Origin: Octopus vulgaris
Lineage: Eukaryota
Assembly: GCA_951406725.2 (NCBI GenBank)
Contig: OX597816.1
Coordinates: forward strand, 155,992,001 to 156,056,000
Length of the DNA stretch: 64,000 nucleotides
Direction of reading: 5' to 3'
Position numbers and translations under genes: made by a program
Shown here: one piece after another, positions 12,818 to 29,305 of the stretch
Layout of the letters: each line of letters starts with the position of its first letter
How positions within the stretch are numbered: the stretch's first letter is position 1
The notes under the pieces: generated by a model
Told to the model about the DNA's origin: nothing
The model's input: only the letters and a program-made list of their open reading frames with translations
Databases searched by the model: none

Positions 12818-13108
12818 ACATGTTTGTTCCCTCTTGAGCCATGCTTGGCTCATAAGGGCTGTTTTCCCGGTTTCATCGGCGCATAGGTTTCCCACTTGGA
12901 CGGGACATCGGTCCGTCTCAGGTGAGCTGTTAGATGCGGGAGGAAAGATTGAGAGAAAGTTGTGGCAAAAGAGTCAGCAGAAGTTTGCCGGAGCAGTGTG
13001 GAGCTTAGGTTTTTCGCTCATAAACACACGTCACCTGGACTGAGATTCGAACCCGTAATCACTCGAATGTGAATCCGCTGCTCTAACCACTAGGCCATGT
13101 GCCTCCAC
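12818..13108 (-). mobile_element. tRNA-derived SINE, family C
   Basis: Head GGAGGCACATGGCCTAGTGGTTAG...GGTTCGAATCTC on -. Homologous to 26172-26450 and 29038-29305. Confidence 0.88.
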
Positions 13109-13242
13109 TTTGTCTCCACGTACATACTTCTAAATAGATTTTCCATGCATGCGACATTAATTCGTTAACACTAACTTAGTTCACTTATCAGGTGGTCACA
13201 ATCTTCCTGATATTTTATTCCAGTAAAATTATTCCCTACATG

Positions 13243-13270
13243 TGACGTCATGACATCACCAGCCACGTCA
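13243..13270. promoter_or_regulatory. Cluster of three CRE/ATF-like motifs in the intron next to the exon
   Basis: TGACGTCA (13243-50), TGACATCA (13251-58) and CCACGTCA (13263-70). Motif match only. Confidence 0.3.
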
Positions 13271-13546
<276 letters not shown>

Positions 13547-13771
13547 TTAATATACAAAGGTTAATGAAATAACAAAGGAGGAATCAATACATTCAAAGAT
13601 AAAGTTTTTAATTTCTATGTAATGCCTCCGACAGTTTTACAATGATTTCAAAACGAAAGAAACGACAATAGAGACTAACAGAAATTTGGTTCAAAACATG
13701 TTATATACTGAAGTGAAAAACCGTTTGGATTGATAAATCATTAAAAAAAAAGGTGGGCACAAACACCTTTC

Positions 13772-13886
<115 letters not shown>

Positions 13887-15923
13887 GTCTGTCTGTCTGT
13901 CTGTCTGTCGGTCTGTCTGTCTGTCTGTCTGCCTGCCTGTCTGTCTGTCTGCCTGTCTGTCTGTATAGGCACTTTGGTACATAAAGCTCTTAACGAGAAT
14001 GTGTTTAAACACATATATATATACTTGAATCCATGTATGTCCGTATGTATGTATGTATGTATGTATGTATGTATGTATGTATGCATGTATGTATGTATGT
14101 ATGTATGTATGTATGTATGTATGTATGTATGTATGTATGTGCTATAACGAAAATGAGGAATTATTTCAAATATGCAAACGAATCCAGATCGCAAACGCAA
14201 TCAAATGTCAGGCGATATCTGCTCCACAAGAATATTAAATAAGTATTTGTTATCAGACACAAAACTCATTATTTTCCCTCATAAGATGTATTAATCATCA
14301 GGTTTTTCATTACTGATTTCAAGTGGCTTCTTTAAGAAACGCATCAAATGATTCACCAAAATTTTATGTCACGCTGTTTGTAGTCGGTCTCAAAAAGAAC
14401 TATATATTACCATTTCAAATTGTAAGCTGCAAAGCAACTATTACAAGCAAGTATCATGCCTTGCAGAGTAAATAAATTGGAAATGTTAATGTTAAAGGAA
14501 AGTTTAATTTTCAGAGAAGACAAATAGTATACTTAGAATGGTCTCTTACGCTTCTGATCAATATTTTAGATAATATATTAATATGTAAACGAAGCTTGCA
14601 CACGAATCATATTAAACGTGTTCTTTTTATACCATTGCCAACATTCTAGAACGAAATTTTATGTATATTATTTTTATTCTATATGTTATATTTGTATATA
14701 CCATGAGAACTGAAACTTGATAACTGTAGACGTAAGCACAAAATATAAAGATAAATAAATGAAATAATGCATGCCATCATTTTGTAATGGTTGCGTGTGT
14801 AATGACTGATAGATTATGCATTGAATGAAGACAGATCACACGAAACTAAAGTTGAGAAATAACTGCTAACCTGTTTTAGGAATATAACATTAAAAGACGG
14901 ATATGTAAATTATTCTTTGATGATTTAAGTCATTGCATCTGAAGGTATAAAACTACTGTGATGTGGCGTTAATTGAAGCTAGATATTAATTTGTTGGAAG
15001 CAATATATGCAGAGATAATTATACAAAAAAAAAATAGTAAAAACAAAACTTAAAAATTTATCAGATGACACTTTAAATATTTATGTTGTTTGGTGGAAAC
15101 ATTTTCTCGTGAGAGTTTAAAAATACATTCGGTTAGATAGTTTTCTTTTAAACTTTATTCGAATAACGCACTGTATCAAAACAAACAATCTCATTTAAGA
15201 AAACAATATAATGTGTTATAAGATTGAAAAGAAAGTTAATTATTTAAAACAAGGAAACATGATTGCAAAACGCTAGTGCATGTCGTACTAACACGCACTT
15301 TATAAATGTTAAATATTCTTGGCGAAAAAGAAAACTGATCTTAACTTATTTATCACGCGAGAAAATGCTACGCTGCAATAGCAAAAACTGCACAAAAGAG
15401 ATTGCTGTATTCTCACTTGTTTAATGTCTGATATTCCTATATTTTCTTTTACATTTTCCTATTGAATTATTTATCATTAACTTGAAGGTCCATTAATTTA
15501 TCTTTGGCGATATATGAAATAAGTTTCCTTCACATTCACATCATGTAGAAATGGGTTGAGCTAGCAATAACGGGTTATCTCAGCCAAGAAGCAGCGAACA
15601 CACGAATAGAAAAAAAAGACGAACAAAATCAAAGTAGGAATAGATTTCAACCCATTATATTGAATTGCTAATTCGATTAGTGTGTGAAAGTTTTGAGAAA
15701 ATGCAATGCAACGAATGTGAATATCTTTGCAAAAATAGGTGATCAATTAATGTACTTGATTTAAATAATTCATGTAGAAAGGAACTACCACTCTCCATTT
15801 AAATTCGTTTCAAAACTGCAACTAGCAACAACTTCTTTTCCATCTACACTTCCTCATATATACATATCTGATCAAAATCACTATGTACATACTGTAAAAC
15901 TTAAATACACAGGCATACACAGG

Positions 15924-15994
<71 letters not shown>

Positions 15995-16195
15995 ATGCAA
16001 ACACACACACATACATTGCACATGTATACATGAAACACTGCTTCAGGTTTAAACTTAGAATGAATTGTTTGTATAAATCGGAGAAGACAGGAACTGATAA
16101 CATCTTGTTGCTGTTTACTCTCAAGTCAATTCTGAATAAAGCAGAACTATAACCAAAAATACTCCAGTCACAATTACTCCGTCTTCTATTGAGAC

Positions 16196-16489
16196 CACTG
16201 GCGGACTGGCCAGGTTGCCAACTTGCCCGATGGCAAGTAGGCCCCTGCTCCATTAGAATCCATATATGGGGGCCCATGTTAGTATCTAAATGTTAGTATT
16301 CCCTATAAGTTTGAGAATTTTTTATTCACTCCTGGCAGAATGCATTAATCATTTCATCCTAGATGTGATTGTAAACAGTTGAAAAAACACTTTTAACAAG
16401 AAACCAAAAGTTAAATGATAGCATTGGAGTTGCAGGTGGGCCCCCTTAGTTTCCTGGTAACCAATATTTTTAGTCCCAGTCCGCCACTG
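16196..16489. mobile_element. hAT-type MITE (294 bp)
   Basis: TIRs CACTGGCGGACTGG/CCAGTCCGCCACTG with a perfect 8-bp TSD ATTGAGAC at 16188-16195 and 16490-16497. Confidence 0.92.
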
Positions 16490-17025
16490 ATTGAGACTAT
16501 GAGTCTAATCACATATTACCCAGTGTGTCCTTCTTGTTTTGAGGTAGTATGACTTTCAGGATAGATGTCTGCTATTGCTTGAAGATATATATGTTGTACA
16601 TAGAATTTGTTTCGTTTGTTTGTGTGATAGTATTTCCTTAGAATAGCTACAAGTTAACTGGTGTGGAATAACTATGAGCCAATATTGAAACCGTTTAGTT
16701 CTTTCGCTCCAAATTGAACAAGCCATTGTGTACACATAGATAAACATTTACACAAGTACATCGATATATAAAGACACAAACACATATGCTCAATTGCAAA
16801 CGCACACACGCGCACGCTCGCTCGTCCATATATACACAGTCGCACGCGCAAACACACAAATATTCACGCAAGCATCTAAATATGTAATAGTTAACGAATG
16901 AGATACTCCAGCACCGCACTGAGGTAAACAAATATGTAATACAAGAAATCGATATAAAATCAACTACAAATCAATGCTAAAGAACAATACCAGTGCATAT
17001 TTATGTATGCATATATGTATGTATC

Positions 17026-17112
<87 letters not shown>

Positions 17113-17113
<1 letters not shown>

Positions 17114-17308
17114 TTAGCATGCCGGGCGAAGTATTCGCGGTAATTCGCCCGTCGCTACGTTCTGAGTTCAAATATACTTTGCCTTTCATCCTTTCGGGGT
17201 ATAAATTAAGTACCAGTTACGCACTGGGGCCGATGTAATCGACTTAATCTGTTTGTCTGTCCTTGTTTGTCCTCTCTATGTTTAGCCCCTTGTGGGTAGT
17301 AAGAAACA
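17113..17308 (+). mobile_element. SINE family A
   Basis: Matches the family A consensus and sits inside (TA)n. Confidence 0.88.
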
Positions 17309-17312
17309 TATA

Positions 17313-17371
<59 letters not shown>

Positions 17372-17562
17372 GGGAAAGAAAGGGAGAGATATATTATTCG
17401 ATATGTAATCATGCATCTCTGTATGTGTATATATACATACATACATACGTACATATATATATATATATATGTATATATTATAATTATAATATTTATATGT
17501 ATGGCTGTCTGGATACATATGTATGCAGGCATACACCTATGTGTATATGAGGATGAAGTTGC

Positions 17563-17596
<34 letters not shown>

Positions 17597-18654
17597 GTGT
17601 GACATGTGTACGCGTGTGTGTGTGTTGATATGTGTATGAGCACGTACCTGCACATATATTTGTGTGTGTATGGGCATGTTCATATAAGTGCTTGTGTGAG
17701 TTTGTACGTATGTAGAAGTTATGAACGCAGGAGGTTTTATGTCTGTGTATTGTGAGAATAGGGTTGCGTATATTTTTTATCTTTTATATTTTTCCCTTCA
17801 TATTAGAGTAGCTTCTCTTTTATTCAACAGTTTACGGGAATGCATCGTAGCTCTTAGCTCCGGCATTTGAAACTCTGAGTCCTATTTTGGCAACTTACTG
17901 ATTGTCTTAAACTATACATACATACACACATATATATAAAAACACATACACGTGCGCATGTGCATGTCTTTATATAATATACGAGCAGTACAAAATGGTA
18001 ATCAAGTTTCACGCTAGCCCGGTTCATAGATCTCAAAACACAAAAAACATACATATGTTAGATATTATACAATATAGTTGCCTATGTTCTCGGAAAACAT
18101 ACAAGAGTTACAAGTGTGATTTTCAAAAATATATTTTCATCTTTCATCAGGCATATACGAAGTGATATATGAGTGATTTAAAGTCATGTGTGGTCAGACA
18201 AAAGATTAAAAAAAAAAAAGAATAAGAGAAAATAAGAATGCAGTTATGTGATCATTAATAGAGATAAGTCAATATGCGTGTAATAAATAATACTGTTATG
18301 TTGCACTTTCGGATGCCTTCTACTCAACTCGACTCTGACCACTACTCTGCCTCTCTCTTTCTACTCTTGACGTCTAGACTTCTTCTATACCTACGTATTG
18401 GGTTAGTCTACTTCATTGTCTGGGAGCGTCCACACAACAAATACACATATAGAAAGACAATAATACATTATCTTATACATGTTCACCTGTACACAGACAC
18501 TCATACAGGCAAACACCCGCACAAAGACATATACACACTCATACATATGCAAAACTTTTTCCTTCGATATTTATGTAAATGTGTATGAGTGTATGAATGT
18601 ATGTATATATGTATATACACTCACAGAAACACACACACATACATATACATATTA

Positions 18655-18883
18655 TTTGACTCTTATATTATTTTATTTGTTCGAATCATTTGATTGCGGC
18701 CATGCTGGGGCAACGCCTTTAGTCGAAAAAATTGATCCCAGGACTTATTCTTTTGTAAGCCTAGTATTTAATCCAACGATCTCTTTTTGCTGAACAGCTA
18801 ACTTATGGGAACATAAACACACCAGCATCGGTTGTCAAGCGTTGGCGAGGGGAGCAACACACACACAAATACATACGTACATA

Positions 18884-18929
<46 letters not shown>

Positions 18930-19090
18930 TATATCCGACGGGATACTTTCAGTTTCCGTCTACCAAATCGACTCACAAAGCTTTGGTCGGCCCGAAGTTA
19001 TAGTAGAAGACACTTGCCCAAGGCGCCATGCAGTTGGATTGAACCTGCCATGCAGTTGGGAAGTAAGCTTCTCAACACACACCTGCGCCT
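18655..19090 (-). mobile_element. SINE family B
   Basis: Reverse complement of family B, with the internal (TA)n tract. Confidence 0.88.
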
Positions 19091-19466
19091 GTATATATAA
19101 AATATGCGCGCGCTTGTATGTATTTATTTATGTATGGCTTTAGGAAGAAATATGTGTTCACAGAGAGAAGTACAGATATGAATGAATACGTTTACACGAA
19201 TATACTTACCTGTACAACACTCGTTTGCTTAAAATTGAAATATAATGCATCTCATATCTATATCAAATCTACATCCCTTCTGTCTATATATATGTGTGTG
19301 TGTATGTGTGTGCTCGGGCGTGTTTCTGTGTGTTTATGTATATGTGCATTTATAGAGACACATACAAAGATATATTTATATACATGTATATATATGCATA
19401 TTTACATATGTACATTTAAATATAAATCTTTCTATCCATCCTTTCATACATACATACGTACGTGCG

Positions 19467-19500
<34 letters not shown>

Positions 19501-19864
19501 TGTATGTATGTATGTATGTATGTATGTATGTATGTATGTATGTATGTGTGTGTGTATGTATGTATGTATGTATGTATGTATGTATGTATGTATGTATGTA
19601 TGTATGTATGTATGTACAGCCACGCTTAATTATATATATTGAGAAAATTTCTTCATAGAAATACTCGGTAACTTTTTCTCTTATATCCAATCCCCATATA
19701 GCTTTGTGTATGTATGTGAGTATGTTTATGCATATGTGTGTGCGTGTGTGTGTTTATGTGTGTGCAAGAACACCTAACCTATCAACTAGTCAATACTGAA
19801 TTTCTGCGAATGCTATCTGAAAAAATCCTTATATTCCTTCTGACTTTTAGAAAAAGAAAAGTAC

Positions 19865-19965
<101 letters not shown>

Positions 19966-21207
19966 TATACATATATGTATGTACATATACACAAATACTC
20001 ACATACACACACACTAACACTCACAAACACAACACACACACACAATATACACATCGTCTTATCTATCTTATTTCAGTGCCGAGTTGGTTCTTGATATGCA
20101 AGAAATTATAAGAACACAGATAACACCAACAACGAACAACAACAACAACAACAACACAACAGAAGCGGATTATTTTTAGCATTTTTTGCCACTATACATG
20201 AACATACATTACAACTATATTAATATTCCCTGGAGTACAATTATTTTATCCCGTCTTTTGCTACTGATAATTTTCATCAAAGATGCCTGCCTATGTTTTT
20301 AGAGCTCGTTTGTTAGCGGATGGCTACCTTTGTGTTTGAATTTCGTGTTATTTCTTTCACCCTTCTTTCGCTTTAATGTGGGTTATTCAACCATACCTCT
20401 CTACCGCTAATATCACGTCAAATATTCCAGCCGCCATTTCAGCTAAAGAGGAAAACAGTTTGCTCTTTATGTGGCTGTTCGATACCTTGAAAAAGTAATC
20501 ATATCTACCTTAAATCATACGTATTCTAATATCGCAAAACCTGAAGGGTCCTTTGGGTAACGAGATCATAAATGTATTGCATTGTGTCTGAGTTTGAAAA
20601 ACAAAAGAAAATGGATACCCAAGGCTATTGTGCCTTTGGTAATAAGTCGACCAATCAGAGACAGCGCCTGATCTGGCCCAAGGATCGAACCCACGACCTG
20701 AACGATCACAATCCCAACATCATCTCCACGAAACCGTACGAATTTATGATACCCAGCATCTCATCTTTTAAAAGATTAACGGTCACATTGTATTCAATGT
20801 AGAAAAAACGGACCAAACAAAAACAAAAGACATTAAAAAACGCGAGGGATGGGCAAGGCTAGAATGTCTTTGATTTCTATGGTTAGCCTTGGATTTCACA
20901 GCAGGAACAAGTACTTATTATCCAACATCATTGCCAACATTATTATCACTATACTAGCATCACCACCATCATCACTACAGTTAGCATTGACATTGACGAG
21001 CCAACAAGGAAGACAGGAACTTGGCACTCGATCTGGTAGAAATAGAGGCTAAATTACTTTCAAAAATATTCTGTTAGATATAGAAGGGAAAGACAAGGTT
21101 TGTGTGCATGAGGGTGGGTCTGTCTTTATGTGTATGTGTGTGCATATATATCTGTGTGTGTATATATATTCATACACGGATATACATACCTACATACACA
21201 CACATAC

Positions 21208-21283
<76 letters not shown>

Positions 21284-21320
21284 GAAGCATTGGCGCAAAG
21301 CAGTGATAGGTATGAGCAGG

Positions 21321-21367
21321 ATTTAGGTTAGTTGAAATATGGCAAACATATTTCAACTAACCTAAAT
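21321..21367. repeat. Perfect 21-bp-stem hairpin in a (TA)n island
   Basis: ATTTAGGTTAGTTGAAATATG-gcaaa-CATATTTCAACTAACCTAAAT. Confidence 0.92.
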
Positions 21368-21421
<54 letters not shown>

Positions 21422-22263
21422 ATCTTAAAGTATATTTGCCGCCTAAATTTGACTAACCCGTAAGGGTTGATGCTACTGTAGCTTGTAGCCCCAGGAAGAC
21501 ATATCCTCCAGCTGGTTATTGTCACACTATCTGTGCCCTATCAGTATTTGTAAAGGGAAGTCATCATTCCCATCTCCAGCCTGAATGTAATACACACTCG
21601 GGGTCCGTGGGTATCAACACTAACCACAACCTATGCTTGCGAGAAGTACTATCGTCGCAACCAGTATTATAATATATGCAGTATTAAGACACACTACCGC
21701 CAACAGCAGCAACACACCACCACAACCCGAAACCGCCGCCGACGCCACAGCTGTCGCCACCGCCCCACCACTCTCACTCCTAACACCACCACCACCACTC
21801 CCACCACCAACACTACCACTAACTTAAACACCACCACCACTGCCGCCACCGCCGCGCACCGCCACTAGTGTCACACCAAGACCACAGTCAACTAGGAACT
21901 GTACCAGCAAAAGGAACCTTCTTAACGAACATCATCACTACCATCATGCACATCCCCATGATGACCAGCATCACTGCATCATTGCTATCTAGTTCACATC
22001 TAAGGAAATTTCAGAAAAATATACGTATAATATATGTAAGCGTATCTACAAAAAAAAAAAACACATTTCTATATACACATCTACATAGACACAGAGAAAG
22101 AAGATCAACTATGAGTGCATTGCCTGGCTTCGCGTATCATGATTAACATACACCCACACACATATGCATATGATATGTACGTGATATGTGCTTATAAGCA
22201 TACACGTATATGCAATAAAATATCTATGTATACATACGTATACATGCACACCTATACACACAG

Positions 22264-22318
<55 letters not shown>

Positions 22319-22336
22319 TATATACATATATATACG

Positions 22337-22409
<73 letters not shown>

Positions 22410-22467
22410 GTATATATATATATATACGTATGTATATACATATATATATATATAAATGTATATATAC

Positions 22468-22502
<35 letters not shown>

Positions 22503-22639
22503 ATATGTATATATATATATATGTATATAATGTATATATACATTTATGTGTGTATATATGTATATATATATGTATATATAAATATGTATATATATATATA
22601 TATTTATATACATACATATAATCTATGTATATATATGTT

Positions 22640-22671
<32 letters not shown>

Positions 22672-23382
22672 TACGCGCGCACGTATGAGTATTAACACAC
22701 ACATATATGAATATGCATGTATGAATGTGTGTGCGCGCGTCTGTGTATGTGTGTGAGTGTGCAAGTGAGTCTGTGCATAAGTTAATGTTTTTATTTGTAT
22801 GTTAAGCTGTAATATGGCTTGAGACGCTGCAAGGTTTCATTTCAGCTCTTCTGTACAGTAAACCATTCATGAAAAATAAAGAAGTAATAATAAAAAAAAA
22901 AAAACAACTTCGATATAAACAGCAAATATATTTTAAATCGGCTCTGATTTACATCACTTCAGCGCTAGAGTTGCAGTCTGTATCAATACGCACGACTGTG
23001 ACTTTTTCCCCACCTAGCTAATGGATATATAGTCAAACATGAAAATGTGTACGAATTTGACACTTGTGCACCACGCACATGACAGAACCAGGAAGAGAGA
23101 GAGAGAGAGAGGCAGAGGGATTGAAAAAGACAGAGAGAGAGAGGCAGAGGGATTGAAAAAGAGAGAGAGAGAGTGTGTTTAGATGTGTTTGCAGTGTGGC
23201 TGTTCGTGTTCGTATTATGGACGTTTTGTTGATGTACATGCATATTTGTATTTCATTTTACCCTTTGCACTTATTCCAATACGCTGACGTTGGCTATAAG
23301 TTTTTCTTTTAAAATCTAGAATCTATTTATGAAAACAATATCTCGAAGTTAAAAATACACACACGCGAACAATAGGTGAATA

Positions 23383-23465
<83 letters not shown>

Positions 23466-23571
23466 TGTATGTATGTATATGTGTGTGTGTAATACATGTA
23501 TTTGTGAATGTATGTAGTGCTTGCTAATATGCATACGACTCAGCAAAACATAAGGAGAAGCATACACTTAC

Positions 23572-23612
<41 letters not shown>

Positions 23613-23767
23613 TATGTACCATGGATGAGGGTGGATAACAGAGGTCTGAAACTCAATTCACGTTTTAACGTTATATGTACTTCTTTGCACATCAATTAGT
23701 ATATATGTATGTATCTATGTATCTATGTATACCATGTACATATATCTATCTATCTGTCTACATATGT

Positions 23768-23882
<115 letters not shown>

Positions 23883-24129
23883 TACAGTAAAATTTAGATT
23901 CTGATGAATATGGTACTTAAGTTGAGGAACCAGAGAGAGAGAGAGAGAGTGTATGTGTGTGCGCGCGCGCGTACGTGTGTGAATTGTGCAAAGTGATTCA
24001 AATAAATACAACAGTAAATATATATATGAAATGGAATAGCGGAGAAACGGCGAGAAAAAGTATTGCAACTTTAGAACCGAATCAAAAGGATGGATTTGTA
24101 GAAATGTAAGATGAATTGAAAAAAACATA

Positions 24130-24534
24130 TAACACTACATACACACATACACACACTCACACACAGACACACTGACAGGCACACACATACAGATACACAC
24201 AGAGACAACACACACACATGTGTCCTATTCATGTATAATGCAGATTTCTGGATCTCATGCTTCTTTTACCAAAGCTCTCTCTTTTTCCTTACGTTCTTTT
24301 TCACTTCACAGACCCCCCCCCCACACACACAGGTATATATATAGCTTTGCGGTGGCAGATGTACTAATTAGCCAATTTGCTGATAAGGTGATCCTCTTTT
24401 GCTGCTTCGGAATAATTATAGTAACATGAACTGACTTGAATTTTTACTTATAAACATTATCAATGTAGCACACAATCTTTGCATTGACTGCTCATCATTT
24501 TGTCACATGAAAATAATCGTTACACTTTCAGACA

Positions 24535-24598
<64 letters not shown>

Positions 24599-24899
24599 CA
24601 TGAATATATATATGTGCAAATAATTATGTGTATATATGTATATATGAATGTATGTATATAAATATATATATATACATGTGTGTGTGCGTACGAGTGTAAA
24701 GGCGCAAGAGTGGCCGTGTAGTAAAACGCTTGCTTCCCTACGACAAAATTCCGAGTTCAGTCCCACTGCGTATAAACTAGGCAAGTGTCTTCTACTATAG
24801 CCTCAAGTCGACCAAAGTTTTATGAGTGGAATTTGCGGGTGGAAACTGAAAGAAGCTCGTCGTATATCTATCTATCTATCTATGTGAAAAATAAATATA

Positions 24900-24937
<38 letters not shown>

Positions 24938-25129
24938 CAACACACACACACATACACAAACACAGGCACACACAGATACACTGACATGCACACATATACA
25001 GATGCACACAGAGACAACACACATATATGTGTCCTATTCATGTATAATGCAGATTTCTGGATCTCATGCTTCTTTAACCAAAGCTCTCTCTCGTTCTAGC
25101 TCTCTCTTTTTTCTTACGTTATTTTTCAC

Positions 25130-25165
<36 letters not shown>

Positions 25166-25258
25166 TACACACACATATATATATATATATAGCTTTGCGG
25201 TGGCAGATGTACTAATTAGCCAATTTGCTGATAATGTGATCCTCTTTCGCTGCTTTAA
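24130..25258. repeat. Local direct duplication of a ~280-bp block
   Basis: 24130-24408 and ~24940-25255 share 'gtgtcctattcatgtataatgcagatttctggatctcatgc...agctttgcggtggcagatgtactaattagccaatttgctgataa'. A SINE B 5' half (24700-24863) lies between them. Confidence 0.88.
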
Positions 25259-25347
25259 ATTGTATATGTTAGCGTGCGTGTATGTGTGCATGAAAATATA
25301 TATGCATATGCATTTTCATGCACACATACACGCACGTTATATATATA

Positions 25348-25388
<41 letters not shown>

Positions 25389-25429
25389 GTGTGTATATAG
25401 ACTATATACATAATATATACTTTGTATAT

Positions 25430-26153
<724 letters not shown>

Positions 26154-26171
26154 CACATATATATGTAATAT

Positions 26172-26450
26172 GTGGAGGCACATGGCCTAGTGGTTAGGGT
26201 AGCGGACTCGCGGTCGAGGGATCGCGTGTTCGAATCTCAGACCGGGCGATGTGTGCGTTTATGAGCGAAACACCTAAGCTCCATCCGGCTGCGGCAGAAG
26301 GTAATGGCGAACTCCTGCTGACTCGTTCGCCTCCTGCATCTTGCAGCTCACCTGCGACAGACTGGCGTCTCATCCGGGTGGGGAACCTATACGCCAAGGA
26401 AACCAGGAAACCGGCCTATGAGCCGGCATGGTATGAGAAGGAACAAACAA
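26172..26450 (+). mobile_element. SINE family C
   Basis: A box TGGCCTAGTGG and B box GTTCGAATC. Homologous to 12818-13108. Confidence 0.88.
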
Positions 26451-27949
26451 TTATATAATATACGTATATATAATATATAGCACAAAGTATATATTACGTA
26501 TATAGTGTATATACACACACACTTCTATCTCTCTCCATAAATATGTGCGTGTATGTGTGCATGAAAATGCATATGCATATATATGCATATGCATATATAT
26601 TTTCATGCACACATACACGCACGCTAACATATACAATATACGAGCTTACAGTTGTCTTATGCTCTTGATCTTAAACCAATCATTTATTTCATTAATGGTA
26701 ACGTGACCTTACCAACATATGTGCAAGACATTATCTTAGCGTTGTTCTAATCGAAGCACTCCAGCGTTTTTCTGTCATTTCGATTAATCGTTCAAGCTTC
26801 ATATCTTTATAAGCGAGTTAAATGAAATATTATGTTGTAATCCAACTCATTTCTTGTGTTAATTCATTCTCAGCATAACGTTCTTTTGCACCGTTTCCCG
26901 AAGGCAGTTTCTGGAATTGGTTTGAATATACAGCTGGGGTACCAAGCACTGTTGAGCTAAAAATGTCCCTTTCTTCCTCAATGGAGGTCCGAAAAACATT
27001 TTCATTATAAAGAATTTTGCTAAAGGCAGTAGGATAATTGTGTTTCCATTGAGGTCTAGAAGACATTCAACGTTCAATTTCCTCTTCCCAACACCATGTT
27101 GTGGATTATGCGTGATACTTTAATTTCTTTGCAGCCATTCAGCGCTCTGCTCGAACATTTAGAAAGGGATTAAACTGATCTAGTTAACTGCACTCCTGAT
27201 ATATCTTGTCTCGGCATGGAAACAAAATGAATTAAATATCAGCACTTAGAAGTGGTTTACATCTATACACTTTTGTATTTGCTCTTTTGGCACACACACA
27301 CACACACACATACACACACACACATACCTACGTACACACACGCACAAAGATTAAAAATGAATTCAGTCTCTGAACAAAAGTCCAGCAGTATCAGTTCATT
27401 TGTGTTGCTTTCTCTTGACCCTAAGTTTTCAAGTATCTGAAAATAAAATTCATAAATACTTCTGATACGAGCATGAATGTTCCCAACTCGTAAAGTTTTA
27501 TCATCAAGATCAATATGCAGTATGAGTACGCTTAGCAAAAACGTGAAACAAACCACCGATAGAAGAACCCGATTGTTAAAGTATTACTTGTAATAAATGG
27601 TGAATCGTTCTCTGCTGTTCTCGGGATTTCACAATCCAGTGTTCCATTACCCTTTCTAAGTCGAATGCTACGTAGGTAGAACATCACAGCTCTAACTAAA
27701 TAGTTGCATTACAAGAGCATAAGTTAAATTGATTCCTCAAATACCCTCGTTTTCGGCTTCTTTTAGTGTACCCACTCCATATTAACTACAAAAGCAGGAA
27801 ACAACCTTGTTAACTTAGAACATGGCATAAAGTGACGTATTGCTTTGGTATTGCAACGTCTTGAGGGAACTGGAAACGCTTTCAAAAGCTACATCTACAT
27901 TCCTGACACCTCATTAACACCTCATCCATGATGAAATAGCTGGTTGCTT

Positions 27950-28041
<92 letters not shown>

Positions 28042-28046
28042 CCTAC

Positions 28047-28129
<83 letters not shown>

Positions 28130-28254
28130 CCTGTCTGTCTCTGTGTTTGTTCTTACATATATATAAATACATAAAAACACAATCTTTTGCTAACCACACA
28201 CACACACACGCATGCACGCGCGCACACACAGAGACACAGACACACAGAGACACA

Positions 28255-28307
<53 letters not shown>

Positions 28308-29037
28308 AAACACGACGAACTTGCACAGTATATCCGCCCTCTGAAATTCGCTCTCAAGGTATTAGTCGAAACAGACATATCGTAGAAGACACTTGTCGAA
28401 AGTGCCGAACAATGGCATTAAATGCGAAACCATATGGCTGCAAAACGAACTTCTTTGCCACACTATTTACGCCTGCGCCTATTTACTAGAGAAAAAGAGG
28501 CAAGACTTTCATTTCTCATGTGAGAAAAGACTTGAAAGTACTTCTTTGGTGTATAAATCAAATCCCACGTTGACTTTCTTTCTAATCAATGTGTTAAGTT
28601 TAACACAACGTTTGGATTTTCAAAAAGGAATTATTTAGCTATATTAAACAGCAGGTATTTTTCCTTTATATTTATCTATTTTTATTCGCCTTTCACAGAA
28701 ATCTTTCGACATTTACGTTTCCATTTTATTTTTGTTTTCCAATATACATTTCTTTTTCACAAAATATATGGAATGTTAAATACAAGTTGTTTTCTAAAAA
28801 TGAATGTAGAAATTTTGTTTAGTTATTCCGTACGTTTTCTTAAAATGTATTGTAACTAATTACATTAGTAGGAAATCAAACATCTGTGCATTGTTTATAA
28901 AGCAATGCTATGTATTTACTACGTATAGCAGTGACACTCAACCTTCCAGACTTCGTGGCGCAACGTCAGTAGATGTAAAATTAATGACGCAATTCACAAG
29001 GAAAATTAACAGCATGTATATATATGTGTGTATGTGT

Positions 29038-29305
29038 GTGGAGGCGCAATGATCCAATTGTTAGGGCAGCGGAATCACGGTCGTAGAATCGCAGTTTCGA
29101 TTCCCAGACCGGGTGTAAGTGTTTATTGAGCGAAAATACCTAAAGCTCCACGATGGTCTGATAGAGGCTGGTGACGAACCCTGCTGTACCCTTTCACCAC
29201 AACTTTCTCTCATTCTTTCCTCCTGTTTCTGTTGTATCTGTATTTCAAAAGGCCAGCTTTGTTACACTCTGTGTGACGCTGAATCTCGCCGAGAACTACG
29301 TCTAT
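29038..29305 (+). mobile_element. SINE family C variant
   Basis: GGAGGCGCAATG...GTTTCGATTCCCAGACCGGG...GAGCGAAAATACCTAAAGCTCCACG. Confidence 0.75.

Noticed and set aside
26172-26250. tRNA-like sequences at SINE heads (also 13030-13108 and 20670-20735)
   Set aside because: They have A/B boxes but no complete cloverleaf, and most continue into SINE bodies. Not tRNA genes.
27263-27556. Minus-strand ORF with LILLDFCSET after an acceptor-like ttttcag, faintly like the mGluR ILDTCS motif
   Set aside because: The surrounding residues do not fit mGluR, no donor is evident, and the frame runs into a TG repeat.
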